DNA of 64,000 bases from Escherichia phage CMSTMSU. Location of the stretch: sequence record MH494197.1; one strand, written 5' to 3'. Both the position numbers and the translations under genes were made by a program. Every line of letters begins with the position of its first letter. Within the stretch, counting starts at the first letter, position 1. Shown here piece by piece: positions 44,992 to 57,140 of this stretch. Below the pieces are notes generated by a model, which saw only the letters and a program-made list of their open reading frames with translations, had not been told where the DNA came from and made no database searches.

Positions 44992-45372
44992 TTAGCCATA
45001 CTTACTCCAAATCGGATCTTTAACTGTTAGGCTTTCAATATCACTTGCGTAAAGAACTACATTAGTTTGTGTCTCTGATACTTTAAAATCATGATAACTA
45101 TCTTTCACTTTAAAATTATCCAAAATAAACCCTTTACTACAACACATCATGATTTTATCATCTTTGATAGTGTATGTATTCTTTTTCTTACGTACTTCAG
45201 ATTGTGGGGTAATATTATCATTGTTACGAATAACACAATCAATGTACTCGTCATTTGTACTCATAGGCATACCCATGATAAACGAATTGCTAGTACTGAT
45301 TGTTAGTATGAAAACATTAGTATTTGGATTGTGAAAGAAGTCGTGCATAGTTTTACTGCATAAAACAAGCAC
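44992..45372 (-). CDS. hypothetical protein
   Basis: 126 aa ORF with likely N-terminal extension to about 45480. Confidence 0.3.
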   Translation of the reverse strand: MLVLCSKTMHDFFHNPNTNVFILTISTSNSFIMGMPMSTNDEYIDCVIRNNDNITPQSEVRKKKNTYTIKDDKIMMCCSKGFILDNFKVKDSYHDFKVSETQTNVVLYASDIESLTVKDPIWSKYG

Positions 45373-45556
45373 TGAATTATGTCCTTTACATTGAACATTA
45401 TATCATGAACTTTGAATGCGTCCAACTCTAAAATGTCATCTATCTTTCCATTCTCAACAGTTTTAATCTCCATGATCTATCCTTGATCTTCAAAGGCACT
45501 CCATGTGCACATATATTAGGTCACAGCTTTGTATTTCTCCATTGCTTCGGTGATAT

Positions 45557-46015
45557 TCAATACTGCTTGCGGTACGTCATTTTGTTGTATGCAGTGGTTA
45601 GTTTTTCCATGTTATTGAGAAGACTTAGAAACAATGGAAGTACTTCTGCATTGTCACTGAAGTTACAATCATTGACAGTACTCAATTGGAATAACTCACC
45701 AGCATCAACATTGAGTGTGTTGTATTCTTTAACAATGTTTTCTTCAGTATTGAAGATGTAGAATACAGTCCCCATGTGGTGTAAGTATACACCAGTATCA
45801 TTCTGAATATGACATGGGGTGATTACAATTGCTGTGTTATCAATATTATTTACTATTGTCAAACGCAGACTATGTAACCCAAAGATTACAGTACAATCCT
45901 TTGTACTGTGTTGGATCTGGTCACTAGTAAAGGAAGACCCACTATGATTTTTAGATCCATTTAGTATTTCTTTGATAATTTTAAATGAATACTTCATAGA
46001 ATTAGTTAAAAGCAT
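45557..46015 (-). CDS. FQxS-module multigene family protein
   Basis: 152 aa; motif DAGELFQLSTV. Confidence 0.45.
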   Translation of the reverse strand: MLLTNSMKYSFKIIKEILNGSKNHSGSSFTSDQIQHSTKDCTVIFGLHSLRLTIVNNIDNTAIVITPCHIQNDTGVYLHHMGTVFYIFNTEENIVKEYNTLNVDAGELFQLSTVNDCNFSDNAEVLPLFLSLLNNMEKLTTAYNKMTYRKQY

Positions 46016-46359
46016 GAACTTTACCTTTAAGTAAATTAATTAATGTTCGCATAGATTCAGTACTGACAGTACCAAAATCAACACCTAAGCACTCGTATTG
46101 AAAGAACTCAATAGAATCAATTGAGTCCAAAGGAATCTCAACAACCTGATTCCCTATACCAGACATAGTAACATTGCTTTTATTAATCGTCAAGAAGTTT
46201 TTGAATAAGTATTAAATTTTAGTGAAATCGCATCGGGTGCTTTGTAACAATGCAGTACTGGGAGCCATACACATATAGTACTTTACTTTCACTAAGATCC
46301 GTTTTAAAAAATGAATCCCATTGAAGTATTTCTCATTGGCTCCCATCGCCGCGATTAGT

Positions 46360-46686
46360 TCATCTGTTGTTGTTAACCTTGTTTCGTTCTTCGTTAAACT
46401 GTTGAAAAGCATAGAATACTACCTTAACCATTTGTAGTGTTTCAGACATTACTTCTGATGAAAATTCAACATCATTGAATTTCAGCATAGTGTTCTGTGT
46501 AAAGAAAGTTGCTTCTAAGTCTTCCAGATTGAAGGGTTCATCAAACAAATTAGTACTGAACATGTCAGTCTTCTTCTTGTATGTGAACAAGAATTTGGAA
46601 TTATAACGAAGAACTATTTCATCTTTATTAACCAAAATACGTGCAATGTTCTGACGTGTCAATGTGGTAATGTTTAAATTGAACAC
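46360..46686 (-). CDS. FQxS-module family protein (variant motif)
   Basis: 108 aa; EATFFTQNTML. Confidence 0.35.
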   Translation of the reverse strand: MFNLNITTLTRQNIARILVNKDEIVLRYNSKFLFTYKKKTDMFSTNLFDEPFNLEDLEATFFTQNTMLKFNDVEFSSEVMSETLQMVKVVFYAFQQFNEERNKVNNNR

Positions 46687-46911
46687 GTTCTTGCGTGTTT
46701 CAGTGATATCAACAAAATACCCATCTCCTGATGGATATTACATCGTACATCCAACCCTTTCTGTACTGTATTGAACAGTGCATCTTGAATAAAATAATTT
46801 GCTGTATCGATGTTTCCTAAAATGTCTAACATAACTTCTCCTTGATTGCTGTCATATTTAGAAGAAATTCTTCAAGCAATTCCTCTGTAACATACTCAAC
46901 ATACCAGAATA

Positions 46912-47343
46912 TCACAATATCTTTGAAAGTCGAGTATTCTTAAAAATATCTACTAACTCTTTGTAGTACTCAAGATCATATACATCTTTTATAATTAGTG
47001 AGTACTGAAATAGTGATTCTTCAGTTAACTTAAATTCTGGATATAGTAAGTCATTAAATTCTAATGATTCTGATTGTACTTTTATTTTAGTGAAGTCATT
47101 TGTTAATCCACCATTATATCCATATAATGCAGCGTAATTCACGAACTTGGCTTTTGGATTAAAATCAAGAACAGTTTCACCTTTATATGACAATCGGTGG
47201 AACGCCGTGAACTTTGTAATTTGCCACGGTTGCTTAATGCCTAAGTCATTTATGTCTTTATTATTGTACATAAGAACTGTGAATATTTCAGCAATCTTCA
47301 ATAATAATTTAGTACGTGCTAGTACTGTCATAGGTTCAATCAT
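46912..47343 (-). CDS. FQxS-module family protein
   Basis: 143 aa; EESLFQYSLI. Confidence 0.45.
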   Translation of the reverse strand: MIEPMTVLARTKLLLKIAEIFTVLMYNNKDINDLGIKQPWQITKFTAFHRLSYKGETVLDFNPKAKFVNYAALYGYNGGLTNDFTKIKVQSESLEFNDLLYPEFKLTEESLFQYSLIIKDVYDLEYYKELVDIFKNTRLSKIL

Positions 47344-47813
47344 TATACACCTTCATATTCATCAAGGAAATCTTCGATGATCATTTCTGCATCATCCATA
47401 TGCATAGCATCTACTTCAACAATGCGAACCTTAGATGCATCCCAAATCATATAGCTAGGAACTGTATCTGGTTCGTAATCGTTCTTGTACTGAACTGCAT
47501 CATAGCCGTTAATTTCGCAGTACTCAATCACTCCACGCCATTCGTCGTCACTGCCCATATCCGTCCACAGAAGCACGTTATCAACATCAACTTCTAAGGT
47601 ATGTAAGTATACTGTATCAGCGTCAACAACGTTCAGTGGGCTTCTCAGCTTGCGTAATGCAGCTTCTAAAGCACTGTGTTTACCTCCCATATGAAGGCCA
47701 CCATACGGGATATAAAAGTTATCAATTTTACAGTACTCGCATGATACAGTTTCATTATTCATTCCTATTTCAGTACTTTGACCGGGCTTTAACCGCTGTT
47801 TCAAGTTGTGCAA
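47343..47813 (-). CDS. hypothetical protein
   Basis: 156 aa ORF, acidic C-terminus. Confidence 0.35.
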   Translation of the reverse strand: MHNLKQRLKPGQSTEIGMNNETVSCEYCKIDNFYIPYGGLHMGGKHSALEAALRKLRSPLNVVDADTVYLHTLEVDVDNVLLWTDMGSDDEWRGVIEYCEINGYDAVQYKNDYEPDTVPSYMIWDASKVRIVEVDAMHMDDAEMIIEDFLDEYEGV

Positions 47814-48219
47814 AGTCGTTGATTGTAAGATAATGAATACCCAATGTACTCATTTCTGAATCTATTTTACTATACAAATCGAACATGTCAAGTAGATATT
47901 GATATGTATATGACTCCGATGACACACATGATTCTTGAAATAGACGTTCTTCCATATCATTTACTACTTCATCATTTACGTCTCGAATCACACCATCTTT
48001 GTATGTGTAGTAAATCTCATCCCATTCATCTGATAAGCGGAATAGTAAAGGCTTACCATTAAACATCTCAAGGTCATATGCATTGACTTCACTCAATAAC
48101 ATATCATCAGGATCAGGTGTGAAATCGAATTGAGCGAGTGAAGAACCATCATAATCCTTAAGGAATACACCAATAGCATTCAATTTAACTTCGCCATAAT
48201 TGCCATTCTTGAACTTCAC
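47770..48219 (-). CDS. FQxS-module family protein
   Basis: 149 aa; EERLFQESCV. Confidence 0.45.
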   Translation of the reverse strand: MKFKNGNYGEVKLNAIGVFLKDYDGSSLAQFDFTPDPDDMLLSEVNAYDLEMFNGKPLLFRLSDEWDEIYYTYKDGVIRDVNDEVVNDMEERLFQESCVSSESYTYQYLLDMFDLYSKIDSEMSTLGIHYLTINDFAQLETAVKARSKY

Positions 48220-48336
48220 ACGAATATTAATATCAATGCTTTGAACCGTATCATCATCTTGGAACTGATAATCAATTTTATACTTTTCCCAAAGTTTTTA
48301 ATATCTTTGAAGTACTTAATTTTACTTTCTATTTCT

Positions 48337-48833
48337 TTAAAGTTCATCTGGAACCACCATCTCTTGTATGTTCTTGCATTTTATCATTGCACAATTAGTA
48401 TGTAAAATGATAGAGTACTTATGTAATGATTTAATTTTATAACACTCATTAAGTACTGAAATGATGCCCCATAACTCTTCTACATCAATAGTGATAGGTT
48501 CACTAGTACTAAGTTGCATTAGTGCTGCTTCCACATCATCTTTGTTATTGATTTTGAACTGCATACCACGTTTCAGTATTTTGGTTTTGGATTATACTCT
48601 GCCATTACATCACCTTCAGGGTAACCCTCGTGTAATAATAATGTAGTCTCATAATCTCCACAATTGAAATTAATTTCATCATAGTCAGGAACACAAATCA
48701 TTCCTTCACCATATTGATTATCTACTGATTCGATTGTTAAAATACGCTGATGTTCATTACTCAGGATAATAGAATCGTGCCAGTACTGCGTAGTGAATTT
48801 ACTACGTTTCTTTTGACAGCACATACTTGACAT
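48337..48833 (-). CDS. hypothetical protein (frameshift-fragmented)
   Basis: ORFs 48573-48833 and 48337-48564. Confidence 0.3.
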
Positions 48834-48930
48834 GGGACCATACTTTTATATAGGGACTTCTTGAATGCTATCGCACGAGCCACCTTAATAACTTCTCGAA
48901 TTAGGTCAATAGCTTCTTGATAACTTTTTC

Positions 48931-49137
48931 TCATTTGTCGTACCCATATAAAATATGATCTAGTGTGCATTGTACTTCTTCATGGAAGAACAATGGGTAA
49001 ATTTGTATTAATTTTTCTTTAAGTTCAAGTGAATGGCATAATTCTAATGCTTTGATACAATCTTCATATTGAACTAAGCTATGTATTGTACTTAACTGGA
49101 AATGTTGTTCTTCAGAGTAAGCTAAATCATATACCAA
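48931..49137 (-). CDS. FQxS-module family protein
   Basis: EEQHFQLSTI; likely extends upstream by frameshift. Confidence 0.4.
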   Translation of the reverse strand: MVYDLAYSEEQHFQLSTIHSLVQYEDCIKALELCHSLELKEKLIQIYPLFFHEEVQCTLDHILYGYDK

Positions 49138-49224
49138 ATTATCATCTAAAAGGTTTGATTTCTTTGAAGGATCAAGTACTGTGTTGCTATGACCTACCCA
49201 GAAAAAGCATTGGTGTTCATATTA

Positions 49225-49479
49225 TTACAACCCCAACCTGCCCCATTTTTGGTGAATAGCAAAGACACAACTATCATAGAGATTAATACCAAGACGCTCT
49301 TCGTTGACATAAATCGTAACACCATCGATTGTCATGGTTATTTGGAAACGCATTGAACCTTCACTTCGTGATCGTGCACAGAAGCCAAGATAACGGTTGA
49401 TAATTGTATTGATTTTATCTGCCCATCCTTCCACATCTTTGGATGCACATAATTTAAAAAGATCATGACTTTGATTCAT
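49225..49479 (-). CDS. hypothetical protein
   Basis: 84 aa ORF. Confidence 0.3.
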   Translation of the reverse strand: MNQSHDLFKLCASKDVEGWADKINTIINRYLGFCARSRSEGSMRFQITMTIDGVTIYVNEERLGINLYDSCVFAIHQKWGRLGL

Positions 49480-49539
49480 GTAGTTCTCCGTTAATCAAGC
49501 ATAAGTGGCATCATCGCCCATATCTTTTCATAATCATAT

Positions 49540-49951
49540 CTTCAGTAAAACAAACGTTTTAGGTGCAGTATATGATATTGACAACCCAAATGGAAGTACG
49601 ATTGCATCATCAATTATATTATGAATATCAAACCATGTTTTACACAATCATATGGTGGAAGTTCATGTATTGTACTTAACTGAAAGTATTGTTCTTCACC
49701 AAATGTACTGCAATCAATATCACAAATTTTAGTGAATTGATGATTCCATTTAGATATAATACTGTTTTATTATTGAACATATTAGTTCTATGCATGAAAC
49801 CATTTCTGCTAATATGATTTGATATTGCGTTTTCTTCAATATCATTGCTTATTTTAAAATTCATGTCAAAGTTGTAGTGCGAACTCGACGATTCTTTGAA
49901 TTTTAAATGAAAATAACGATTGTTATTAATTTCCATTTCAATACAAAACAC
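49540..49951 (-). CDS. FQxS-module family protein (frameshifted)
   Basis: alternative frame of ORF 49676-49951 reads GEEQYFQLSTIHELPP. Confidence 0.35.
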
Positions 49952-50053
49952 ATCTGAATCAAAACGATTAAACTTGTAATCGTTGTCTTCAGGTAGAGTT
50001 TGTAATTTTTCATAACACCAAGCATAGGGTGCACTAAGCTTCTAATAAAATCA

Positions 50054-50446
50054 TTAGTTATTTTCATAGTATTCCTTTAGAACTTTAAATGATTCAACAA
50101 TACTATCTTGTGTGTAATTAGAACTATATACAATTGCATTTGATTTGATTGACCACAGATATGACATAAAGGTTATAACACTACTACATGAACTTAATGT
50201 ATTGTTTTGGAATTCATTTTCTTCAATGTTATCAGTACTGGTATTGATGAATTGGATAGTATCTTGTTTCTGATTAGACATTGAAACTAAAGTACAATCA
50301 GTATAAGGAGTGTACAAAAACGTCTCATTACTAATTGAACTATCATTAGTATATGATGGTTTGGTAATATAAATCAAACGCATGATATCACGCTCAATAC
50401 CCGATTTACGACTTTCCACTAAAGAAATCATATCTATATTTTTCAT
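50054..50446 (-). CDS. FQxS-module family protein (variant)
   Basis: 130 aa; EENEFQNNTL. Confidence 0.4.
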   Translation of the reverse strand: MKNIDMISLVESRKSGIERDIMRLIYITKPSYTNDSSISNETFLYTPYTDCTLVSMSNQKQDTIQFINTSTDNIEENEFQNNTLSSCSSVITFMSYLWSIKSNAIVYSSNYTQDSIVESFKVLKEYYENN

Positions 50447-50555
50447 ATGATCAACATTGACATGGAACTTTTGTTTAGAATTACATCTTTTGGGGAATTT
50501 TTATATGAAGATAAGATCTCATACATCTCAACTAATTCTCGTGCATTTAATAAAC

Positions 50556-50981
50556 TCATGTTTTGTCTCTTAATGAAAGAATATCCTTAGTATAAACTGA
50601 TACAGAAATGTGATTATATTTCATCATTAATTTATACACATAAGAAGCTAGTACTAAATCGTAAATTAATTTAGTATCATACAGTACTCCGTATTGTAAA
50701 GCAAGTGAATCAATATCATCTTTACTTTCAATATCCAGAAATGTGCCGAAATATGTAGTACCGTGGAGATGAAAATTGGAATTAATGCAATCAATGCATT
50801 CATTGTCCAACAGAGTAGATGATGATGCCCTCGGTGAATCCCAAATAGTCACTGCGTGTATGCCCTCAACGAACAAATCTATCCATATTTTGTGTCGTTG
50901 TCTTTTTGTTTTATAATTTTCTGGATTTGAAAGTGTAGTTTCAATTATATCCCATATGTATAAGCATTCATCTCTTGTCAT
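50556..50981 (-). CDS. hypothetical protein
   Basis: 141 aa ORF. Confidence 0.35.
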   Translation of the reverse strand: MTRDECLYIWDIIETTLSNPENYKTKRQRHKIWIDLFVEGIHAVTIWDSPRASSSTLLDNECIDCINSNFHLHGTTYFGTFLDIESKDDIDSLALQYGVLYDTKLIYDLVLASYVYKLMMKYNHISVSVYTKDILSLRDKT

Positions 50982-51099
50982 TATAGCACCTTATCCATTG
51001 CTGCATTTAATGCTTTTAAACGATCAACATTCAAAGTATTGAAGATGTACGTTCCTAAAATGTGGAAATCGAACTGGTTCTTTTTGTATGTGTGATAAA

Positions 51100-51555
51100 T
51101 TAAACTACAAAAACAACAGTACTAAGAACCTCTTCCGGTATAACGGTGCTCATCTGAAACAGTTCTTCATCAACTGTACTTGATTCTGGATTGATAGCTT
51201 TTAACTCATACTCTTTATCACCGAATAGTACTTTAATATTATATAAAACACCAACAGTACTAATATGAAATGGATGGTGTGAAAAACTTCCATCATCATT
51301 AATTTGGATATCGGATCTAATCTCGCACTCTTCATTACTTTTACTATTATTTTTACAATACAAATATTCCGCACCAGAAATAGTAAGAATACCGTGATCG
51401 TAATATTCTTTGGACAAACATTTAGATGAAAATGACACATCACGAATGAGGTAATGTTTGTTAATTTCTTTGGCACTACCAACAATGTGTAGCATCTTTG
51501 TGCTGATATCATATAGCTGTTGGTGTCGGGCTGTCATATAACTATAAGCGTTCAT
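51100..51555 (-). CDS. FQxS-module family protein
   Basis: 151 aa; DEELFQMSTVIPEE. Confidence 0.45.
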   Translation of the reverse strand: MNAYSYMTARHQQLYDISTKMLHIVGSAKEINKHYLIRDVSFSSKCLSKEYYDHGILTISGAEYLYCKNNSKSNEECEIRSDIQINDDGSFSHHPFHISTVGVLYNIKVLFGDKEYELKAINPESSTVDEELFQMSTVIPEEVLSTVVFVV

Positions 51556-52122
51556 ATGTATCCTTGATGTTTTGATTGCCGTGTAGCTCTTTTAATGTAT
51601 CGGATTCACAGTTAATGAACTTACTATACATTACCAATTCACCAGTGTCAATAGCTTTTGCAGTTTCATAGCAAAGCATCATGTACTCAAACTCCTTGAA
51701 GTTGTCAAGTACTGATCTCTGGAAAATGTATGCTTCACGAATGTCTTCACTTTGATCTAGTTCTGGTGGAATTTCCAAATATGTATCATTCTCTACGTCA
51801 TCAAAATTAGATTCAACAATTCGATTAATATCTTCGTGTAAAGCATTGACAAATATCATGTTTGGAGTAATGGAACCGATTTGCTCACTATGCCTTGATG
51901 TGCGGATATACATTGCCATAGTATCCCATGAACCTTTTTCGTCGTTCCATAATCGTAAACTTTATAAGACTCCAGTACTACTGAACCAAAACGATATGGT
52001 GATTTGCATTCAACTTTAAGACGATAATTTCCAATAGGCTCATGTTCAGTAATGTTGTGCTTTTCAGATAGTTCTGCAATGTCATGCATCAATTTCATAA
52101 TTTGAATGTGTTCAGCTTGCAT
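51542..52122 (-). CDS. FQxS-module family protein (frameshift-fragmented)
   Basis: ORFs 51856-52122 and 51542-51919; EAYIFQRSVLD. Confidence 0.4.
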
Positions 52123-52270
52123 TATAAGTCCTCTAATTTAACAGGTACATGTTCATTGATGAACGTCTTAAGAGCCAGTACTAGATCTTCTAATTCTTCT
52201 GTACTGAATTTTAATATAGTTTTAAAGATTATCAATTCATTTCTTTCTATAATCTTTGGAATTTCATATG

Positions 52271-52684
52271 CTAACATAAGATTGCGAACAGTACCAGCGT
52301 TGTGTATGAGGTTCGCATTGAATAAAAGTACATCGTACTCGTCTTTTTAATTTTATAATTGTACTCTTCAATTACTTCATGTGTGTATGTATTCTTATAG
52401 GCAATTTTATTTTTATGAAATTTATAACCAACAGTAACACTATCATCATAAAATGTAGAACGATAATCTTGTTTTCTATCGCCGGACGAAATGATGTGTA
52501 ATGCTGTGTATTTGTCCTCAACATCTAACTCAATGTTTGCATAACTGTTAACGGTTTCATTCTTTAGGACGTTAATGTTATATTTCTCATTAACTTTAAT
52601 GTACTGGCGTGAACCATTATCATCAATGAACTTAAAACAATGCTTTACCAACAATGTGATTTCTTTAATTAATTCAGTACTCAT
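52271..52684 (-). CDS. hypothetical protein
   Basis: 137 aa ORF, C-terminus continues in another frame to about 52130. Confidence 0.3.
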   Translation of the reverse strand: MSTELIKEITLLVKHCFKFIDDNGSRQYIKVNEKYNINVLKNETVNSYANIELDVEDKYTALHIISSGDRKQDYRSTFYDDSVTVGYKFHKNKIAYKNTYTHEVIEEYNYKIKKTSTMYFYSMRTSYTTLVLFAILC

Positions 52685-52747
52685 ATCTTCTCCTGTACTC
52701 TGTTAAAAGCGATTATAACACACCTGAATGCTCATGTAAAGCACTAA

Positions 52748-52778
52748 ACACAAAAAGACCCATAAGGGTCTTTATTTT
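52748..52778. terminator. rho-independent terminator-like hairpin
   Basis: AGACCC-ataa-GGGTCT followed by TTATTTTGG and preceded by an A-run. Confidence 0.5.
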
Positions 52779-53049
52779 GGTAAAACGCTGTCAATGTACG
52801 CTAGAGCCTCATCTCGGAGGTACGTTCCATCTATTGTTATGTAATAGTTCTTAGGATATCACTCCCAATCTTCTCGTAAATTTTCATACATGATATCACA
52901 TCTTCATCACAAATGGTACTCAATTGAAACTGTACTTCATCAGTTAAAGGTACGATATCATGTTTAGATGGGGTTGGTATTTTCATTCAAAACAATATCA
53001 AACAAATTAGGAGTATTCTTTGACGAAATGTAACGATGTTTACTACGAA

Positions 53050-53842
53050 TTACCATTCTCGACAGAGAAATACTGGAACTCCATCTTGGTCCACATCTTC
53101 GTATGTTAACGCAATTAACATTTCATAATAATCTTGGAATTTCATTGATGCATAATATGTTTTGTCCTCACCGTACATTCCAAATGATTTGAATTCAATG
53201 TCACCTACATTGTGTGTATCGCTATCACTATTCACGAATTTTAACAGACTGTTGATTAGTCTGATTAGAATATCATCTTTATTCATTATCAGATAACTCC
53301 CTGTGCATGTTGTATAAATCTCTAAAGTCCTGATAGAAATCTTTTCTTCAAGAATATCTTTTAAACTAGGAATCTCATCCATAATCTCATCGATATCAGT
53401 TTCAATAGTAAAACCTGATTTATAATTTTGTAAGAGATAACTAAAAGCAACAAGATAAAGAATTTCATTTGGTTTATGGATTAACATGTGTTGGAACATA
53501 ACTGATTCTAAATCAGATTCAGTACTAAGGTCAGCATAACATGTATCGTTGGTGTCAATTCGTACTTTACTTGAATTTGGATTCCATGTAAAGCAATGTG
53601 TTCCAACTGTTCCCAAACATCCTACTCTTGTACTATCATTTGTTCCCAAAAGATATCAAAATACGTTTCATCTGTATAATCGTATTTTTGTACTTTACCT
53701 TTTTAAGGCATAAATCATTATCCTTTCGAAAAGTTTTAGATGATAGTGTATCAATGATGCACATTAATGTTTTTGCAAATGCAATACAATGACGTAATTC
53801 AAGTCTATGGAAATTATAATTAGTAAAATTCATAAAATTCAT
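53050..53842 (-). CDS. FQxS-module family protein (variant, frameshift-fragmented)
   Basis: ORFs 53636-53842 and 53050-53649; LESVMFQHMLI. Confidence 0.35.
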
Positions 53843-54032
53843 AATTGTACCTTCAATATTTTATCAGCAATTGATATAACCTTGTCATTGAATACATTAC
53901 CAATCTCAATTCTTATATACATCGCAGGTGGAATCTTTCCCTGAAGTGCATAATATGTTTGTATACCTAAGTACTCATTATTTGATAATGAAAATTTGAT
54001 TCTCTCCATATCTATGTCTGATTTTGGTAAAT

Positions 54033-54381
54033 CTAGTAGTTCATGGTGGTAGTCAACATTTTCAGTGTATATTGATTTAAGTAATTTGAATGATCACTAC
54101 TAATGTAGATGCTATCATCACGAATAATTACTTTATAATCAGAAGGTTCAAACTTATCTTTAGGAGAAAAGAAGACATCATCTATCTTCTTCTCGTATAC
54201 CGAATAACAATTTACCATCGTACTTTACATCAAGCATATTACCTAGAATAGTAATTACACAATGTTCATCAATGTCATGACGTAATGAACGAGTCTTGTA
54301 TTTTGGGTTAATGAAAATTTTCATTAATTTTATACAAATGTCGGCAATGCATTTTACATTATCATTTTCTATGTACATCAA
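54033..54381 (-). CDS. hypothetical protein (frameshift-fragmented)
   Basis: ORFs 54178-54381 and 54033-54218. Confidence 0.3.
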
Positions 54382-54418
54382 AACCCTCTTTAATTCTTTT
54401 ACATTTTAATGAATACTT

Positions 54419-54853
54419 TCATTGCAGAGATCTCAAAAGATAATGATTTAAAATTGCAGTACTTTTAAAGTACGACATAATGAATAGCATTTTGAGTTCT
54501 TTTTCTGTGTAAATTAAACTATTTTGAAAGTAACTTTCTTCTGATAAATCATCAAGAAAAGGATATACAACTCCATTTGGAGTCAAGAACATGACACGTT
54601 CACTCCAAGATCTAAATGAAATGTAATCAGTCTTACCACATTCATATAAGGAGTTTATCATTCCATCAATCATTAAGGAGAACTCAATACTGTATCCTAA
54701 TCTTTGACACTTGTATCTCTTATCTTCTTTCTTTGTAATTACGAAGTGACGACCCAATGAGTCTTTGTTATCGAAAATGAAATCAACTGTCTCTAAACAC
54801 TCCTTAGCGAACTTCATAGTTTCTCTGTACTTTCGGTTCATTAGTCTCTCCAA
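54419..54853 (-). CDS. FQxS-module family protein
   Basis: 144 aa; SEESYFQNSLIYTEKELKMLFIMSYFK. Confidence 0.5.
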   Translation of the reverse strand: MERLMNRKYRETMKFAKECLETVDFIFDNKDSLGRHFVITKKEDKRYKCQRLGYSIEFSLMIDGMINSLYECGKTDYISFRSWSERVMFLTPNGVVYPFLDDLSEESYFQNSLIYTEKELKMLFIMSYFKSTAILNHYLLRSLQ

Positions 54854-54859
54854 ACTTTA

Positions 54860-55250
54860 CGGAAGTGTTTCTCGTAGAACTCATCATCACTTAACATATA
54901 ATCAGGTGTTTCTACTTCTATGGGTTTGTAGAATGTTTCTGGAATGTGTGTAATTTTATTTGGTTGTACTTTATGTTCGCGTAAAACCTTCTGTATAGCT
55001 CCTAGGCGTTGTAAATCAATACAGGTGGGCAGAACTAAGCTGTACTGAAATAGCTCATCAGGGTCATTATAGATACATCCTTGGCTTGTTTGATTTTATT
55101 GTTGGCATCAATGAATATATCAAATCCAAGTACTGCATTATAGCTTACATATGTTGTTTTGTTTTTGTCAATAGCTGCACTTAAACTATATCCATATATT
55201 CCATGTTGGTCAACAATGCATCGTTGCATAATTTTAATCATTTCGAACAT
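54860..55250 (-). CDS. FQxS-module family protein (frameshifted)
   Basis: ORF 55035-55250; alternative frame reads DPDELFQYSLVLPTCIDLQ. Confidence 0.35.
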
Positions 55251-55259
55251 AATTTACCT

Positions 55260-55595
55260 CGTATGTGTTATAATTCCACGTTTTAACACTATCCATTTGT
55301 ATATCCTGAACTTCATGGAAATATTTAAGTACCTTCTGGTATTCCATTAGTTCGTACACATCTTCAGTATTGACAGTGCTCTCCTGAAACAATTCCTCTT
55401 CTGATAAAGTACTATAATCAGGATTTTTATTTCAGAATATATCTCATTCATATATGAATCATTTTGGTAAATCTGTAGATAAAACTGATTATATTCAGGG
55501 ATATAGGTTACGAAATGGTTCTTGATGAATTCATATCTTGAAGCAAAGCAATCATTGCCATCCGTCATGTACTGAATTGTTGTTGTATTATGCAT
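55260..55595 (-). CDS. FQxS-module family protein (frameshifted)
   Basis: ORF 55347-55595; alternative frame reads LSEEELFQESTVNTEDVYEL. Confidence 0.35.
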
Positions 55596-56070
55596 TCAAA
55601 TAATCCACGCATTTATGGTATACATCTAAATCTAAAAAGAATCGTTGTTTGTATTTGTAATGATGAAGTAGTGCACCATAAAGTAATATAGCATTAAGTA
55701 CTTTTGCATCATGAATACAAGACCCTTGGAAGTACATTTCTTCAGTCATGAAAACTAACTCATTGTAAGGGATAAGCACTGAATCTCTAAATGTATCAAT
55801 GTTAATCTTCAAATCGGACCCTTGGCAATATGAAATATATTCACCTCTGTAATGAAAGTCATTATCGTCAAAGTACTCAGCATATACTTGATTGTTCCTA
55901 TTATTTTTAAAGGCAAGTCTTCCTTTGGTTGAACTGAATTGGTCATATTGGAACATTCCACCAAAAGGCATTCCACCGAAAGGTTGGGGACTTCTGAACT
56001 CCTTTGCAATGCGATGAATGTTAGATGCAAATTCTAAAACACCATCGTAATCATATTCTGTTGTAATCAT
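55588..56070 (-). CDS. FQxS-module family protein
   Basis: 160 aa; TEEMYFQGSCIHDAKVLNAILLYG. Confidence 0.5.
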   Translation of the reverse strand: MITTEYDYDGVLEFASNIHRIAKEFRSPQPFGGMPFGGMFQYDQFSSTKGRLAFKNNRNNQVYAEYFDDNDFHYRGEYISYCQGSDLKINIDTFRDSVLIPYNELVFMTEEMYFQGSCIHDAKVLNAILLYGALLHHYKYKQRFFLDLDVYHKCVDYLNA

Positions 56071-56113
56071 AGACCATTTTTCTCCATGTACTCAATGATT
56101 TCATCTACGAAGT

Positions 56114-56400
56114 TTAAATCCATATAGAATCTATCATTTGCGTCATTGAGTTCATCTTTAAGTACTGTAAAAATTGTAGAACTAAACACGATTCTCTCAT
56201 TGTACAAAGTACTGTACTGGAAGAATTCTTCTTCTGATCTAACATTAAATGTGTCATATTCATCATCAACATCAGATCAGGATGATAGTACTTAAAACTA
56301 TCAGATGTATGGAAACAATATGAGATAAAATCCTGATGGTGCATCGTCAAGTACACGAATACCACAGAAATTCTCATCTGTAGTATGCAACAAATTGCTA
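56114..56400 (-). CDS. FQxS-module family protein (frameshifted)
   Basis: alternative frame of ORF 56114-56377 reads SEEEFFQYSTLYNERIVF. Confidence 0.35.
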
Positions 56401-56601
56401 TTCATTGACAAATAATTTTTGTACGCATAAAGTGTGCATCTTGGGAGAATTATATTCTCTTTAACTGTTACAAGGAACTTATGAAGTTTAATGATATTTT
56501 GTGCGATTTTTTGTGCATTGCTAAATGATAGGTCTTTGACATTGTGATATAACCCTTTACAATTAATATAAAGAGATTATATCACAAAGATTTGGAGGGT
56601 G

Positions 56602-57134
56602 TCAAGAGTTCTCACGAAGTTCTACCATTTCTTTCCATACTAAATGGTAATCTTCTAAGTCCAGATAGAAGTCTTCATTTAAGTGCTCATATAAGTACTT
56701 GTACATGAATAGTACACCTAAATTATATTCAGTATTAAGTAATGATTGTTGGAAGTAGTTTTCTTCATTTAGTTCTATATCCATGAACTCAAATCTACCT
56801 AGACCTTTTAATGTACGTATCTCAACATGTGAAGTATCTGTTTTACTGAAGCACATGAATCCACCTCTAAATTCGGATCATATTCACATTCATACTGTCC
56901 ACTGTTATTATAGAAATCTCTATTACCATCCTTATCTTTTGGCTTAACAACTGATACGTGAAGGTCGTCATCTTTGTACATTGTACGTTCTGGCGTTTTC
57001 ACACATTTTAACTTATTTTCTTTAATGTACTTGATAATATCAATTATATCTTGTGCAGTACTGATTGCTGCCTCAAACGTATCCAACTTAAGATGATTGT
57101 ATAGAGTTCCCTCGTTCTTTATTTTATCTAACAT
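56602..57134 (-). CDS. FQxS-module family protein (frameshift-fragmented)
   Basis: ORFs 56808-57134 and 56602-56856; NEENYFQQSLLNTEY ... FYLDLEDYH. Confidence 0.45.
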
Positions 57135-57140
57135 AAAACC